Below are positions 60,831 to 64,000 of a stretch of 64,000 nucleotides of DNA, piece by piece; position 1 is the stretch's first letter; each line of letters starts with the position of its first letter. Source of the stretch: the human T2T-CHM13v2.0 reference genome, Homo sapiens; the NCBI RefSeq assembly GCF_009914755.1, contig NC_060927.1; one strand, 5' to 3'. The notes beneath the pieces were generated by a model. It was not told where the DNA came from. It was given only the letters and a program-made list of their open reading frames with translations, and did not search any database. The position numbers and the translations under genes are program-made.

Positions 60831-62429
60831 TTAATTTCTAAATTTATATGGGTAAGTATTGAATGAAGATTTTATTTAAAAAGAATGCAATATCTACTTC
60901 CACATTAAAATCACAATAGTTTTTGAAATTTTACTAAATTTAATGAATTGGAAAAAGTAAATTTTATTTTAGTTCTTTGTCTTGTGGCATTGTCAAACTG
61001 GTTGAATTTCTAGTAGTGTTGTCTACTCCATGCTTTCAAACTAGCCTCTAAATGTCATTACAAACTTTCTCACTAATTTAAACATATAAAAATTGCATAT
61101 TCTCACCCTTTTGTTAATGTTAAAGCAAATATACATATAAATGCAATAATTCACACACTTCTCATTGATCAGATTCACACCTTCTAAATGAGAAAAGATA
61201 TGTAAATTTATTGCATATATACACATCAAAATCCCAGTGATTCTTAGTACTGTAAAGTAACTAACGGAAATAAAGCCTTTAAATGGTTAAAGACATTTAG
61301 GCATTGATGAGAAATGTAAGATTTTGCTTTAACTATATTTTATTAACCACAAGTGGTAACTGCTGCTGAAAATTTATGACATTGGTTTTTTCTTTTTTTT
61401 TGTAGCTTTGTAAGAGTTCCTGTTCTTGCCTTTTTAATAATTAATGGAGAGAAAGTCTTTTATTTCTGAGCAAGGATAATTTTTGTTCTGCCACTGCCTT
61501 GAGGGCTAACACTAGGTATTACAAAGATTTGGTTAAGAAAACTAAGTATATCTAGATGTATCTTTTATGCATTGTTTTAGTTTATTAATGTATGTAGTTA
61601 GAACATCACATGATCATGTGAGCTGTTCAGTGATTTTCTCTGAATTCTAGAAATAAATTGGGAAAATGGCTATAGTTCAAACAGCAGTTTTAACGCTGAA
61701 TTTATGTATTTATCCTTTTGACATAACCAAAAAGCTTAATAATTGGTAGATTTCAAGATGTCTTTATGATATAGTACAATGTTATAGCTTATGTCAACAA
61801 ATTCCATTAATAATTTAACTAGCTAATTATTATCAAACATAATGATGGATGTGAGTACCTTAGATTTTTTACTTTGTATCATATACCTGCTTCTACTCTG
61901 GAAAACAGATACACATAACTTAATGCAACCTTATCTTACTCTTTAAAAATGAATAAATCAGGAATGCATCAGTCCAGAAAACAATCACAATTAGCCCAAA
62001 GTTTATGGTCATGTTTTTCCTCGTTTTAAGAGTTCCCATTCAAGATGAAGCGTATTCACTTTTCATTATCACTTTCTTATAAAGATCTTATTTTTTTTCT
62101 TTGAATTCAAATATGTCTAAAAGGCTTAACTTCAGATGTAGAAATTCCCAAGGTGGGGCAACTCTAGGATAAACAGCAGATGTCTAAATGTGTACTATTT
62201 CCACACCAATATATGCTAACCCTAGTTTGTTATGATTACTTTCTAGAAATTTTTAAGGCATTTCTTCCATAATTCAACTATAATAGTGAGTCTTATTGGT
62301 AGAATGCATTCAGATGGATTTTGATGAATTTGAACTTTTTATTGAAATTTTTTTCTTTTTACTGAAAGTATTGTTATATTTTATAGAGTTCTTTCTTCAT
62401 GAACCAACTAGTTTCACACCTTTATAGCA

Positions 62430-62645
62430 CCAGGTACCTTCATAGAATTTAGTGCAGCTTGTAGTTATATAATTATTTTATAATTGTTTAACTCATGTGT
62501 GCATAGTCTAGTAGACCAAGAGATCCATGAGAGAAGAAACTTCAGTTTTTGATGCTTACTATTGCATCTGTAGCATCTAATGTAATACCTGGCATCTAGT
62601 AGTCATTTGATAAATATTGTATTTGTTGATCAGTGAATAAATGCT
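62430..62645 (+). mobile_element. L2 3' end
   Basis: TACCTGGCATCTAGTAGTCATTTGATAAATATTG...GTGAATAAATG. Confidence 0.7.
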
Positions 62646-63516
62646 TTGTGTTGAGACTTTCTTCCAAACCAGTATTTACATAGTTAACATATGTTATCCT
62701 TGGAAATTATGACTTGCTGTTCCTTATGTTTTGGCATCCAGTCTTTTAGCCACTATTACCTTTTTCTGAAATACTGTCTTCCTGTAGTTATTATGATGCA
62801 AATTAAATTCATCTGAATTTCTACCTTGGAATGTACCAGACAATGTTTTCCAGACAGGATTTTATGCATCTCACAGAAAGGATATAAACATATGCCTTTG
62901 CCCTACATTTTATTTAAGTGAAATTTTACATACTGATTTCTTAATTATATACTTTGAAAACAGCCTGCATTTTATTTCTCTCTATGGGAAACTTTCCAGC
63001 AATAAACAGCAGATTTTTTGGCTGCTTCTGTAATATATAATTAAGAGTTAATAAATTAGATGTGCTGTTGTGTTAAATAGATTATAATTAAAAGGGACTT
63101 TTTTTGTGAAATATAAAAGCATGTTTTATAATGGGATAAGAAAATCAGACATTCAATTTTTTCATAATAATGCTAACGTAAACACTGCAGACTTATTTGT
63201 ATTTAAAATTTTATTTTGGATCTCCTGATTTTAAGGTCATGTGATTAAAAATACCTTAGAAAAAATTTGGAATTTTAGTTTGTGGAACTAGTTTCTTATA
63301 TGATGGGCTTTAAATTTAATGTCTCTATAATTTTTAAAATAAAATTTGAAAATATAGCTTGGCAAGCTATTTGAAAGCACTTCTATGCCAGGTAGGAATC
63401 TTTACAGCAGTCTTCATCTCCAGAAGGAAAGAAGATTTCCAACTATGTCCTATCATGTTTTATGAGACAGTCTTTGAGCCTTGCAAATATATTCTGGTTT
63501 TAGAGAAATGTTATAA

Positions 63517-64000
<484 letters not shown>

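Overview
Primate (human-like) euchromatic DNA, AT-rich and dominated by transposon relics: several L1 copies (young L1PA to ancient L1M), about 18 Alu insertions (many with readable target-site duplications), two independent LTR12 (HERV9) solo LTRs, an LTR1-family solo LTR nested in a decayed class III ERV (LTR16-type LTR plus pol remnants), MER21 and other LTRs, L2/MIR/CR1 fragments and microsatellites. I recognise no cellular protein-coding gene, RNA gene or CpG-island promoter. The longer ORFs in the track are L1, Alu or LTR12 derived, or look like chance ORFs. I cannot support a new biological system here. The structures not explained by repeat annotation are a 69-bp near-perfect palindrome (42965-43033), three short direct duplications copied 1.7-3.7 kb away, several templated repair scars, two tail-less Alus at apparent deletion junctions, two twin-primed L1s and a few candidate non-coding exons. 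Subfamily names come from memory of consensus sequences, and boundaries of old elements are approximate.
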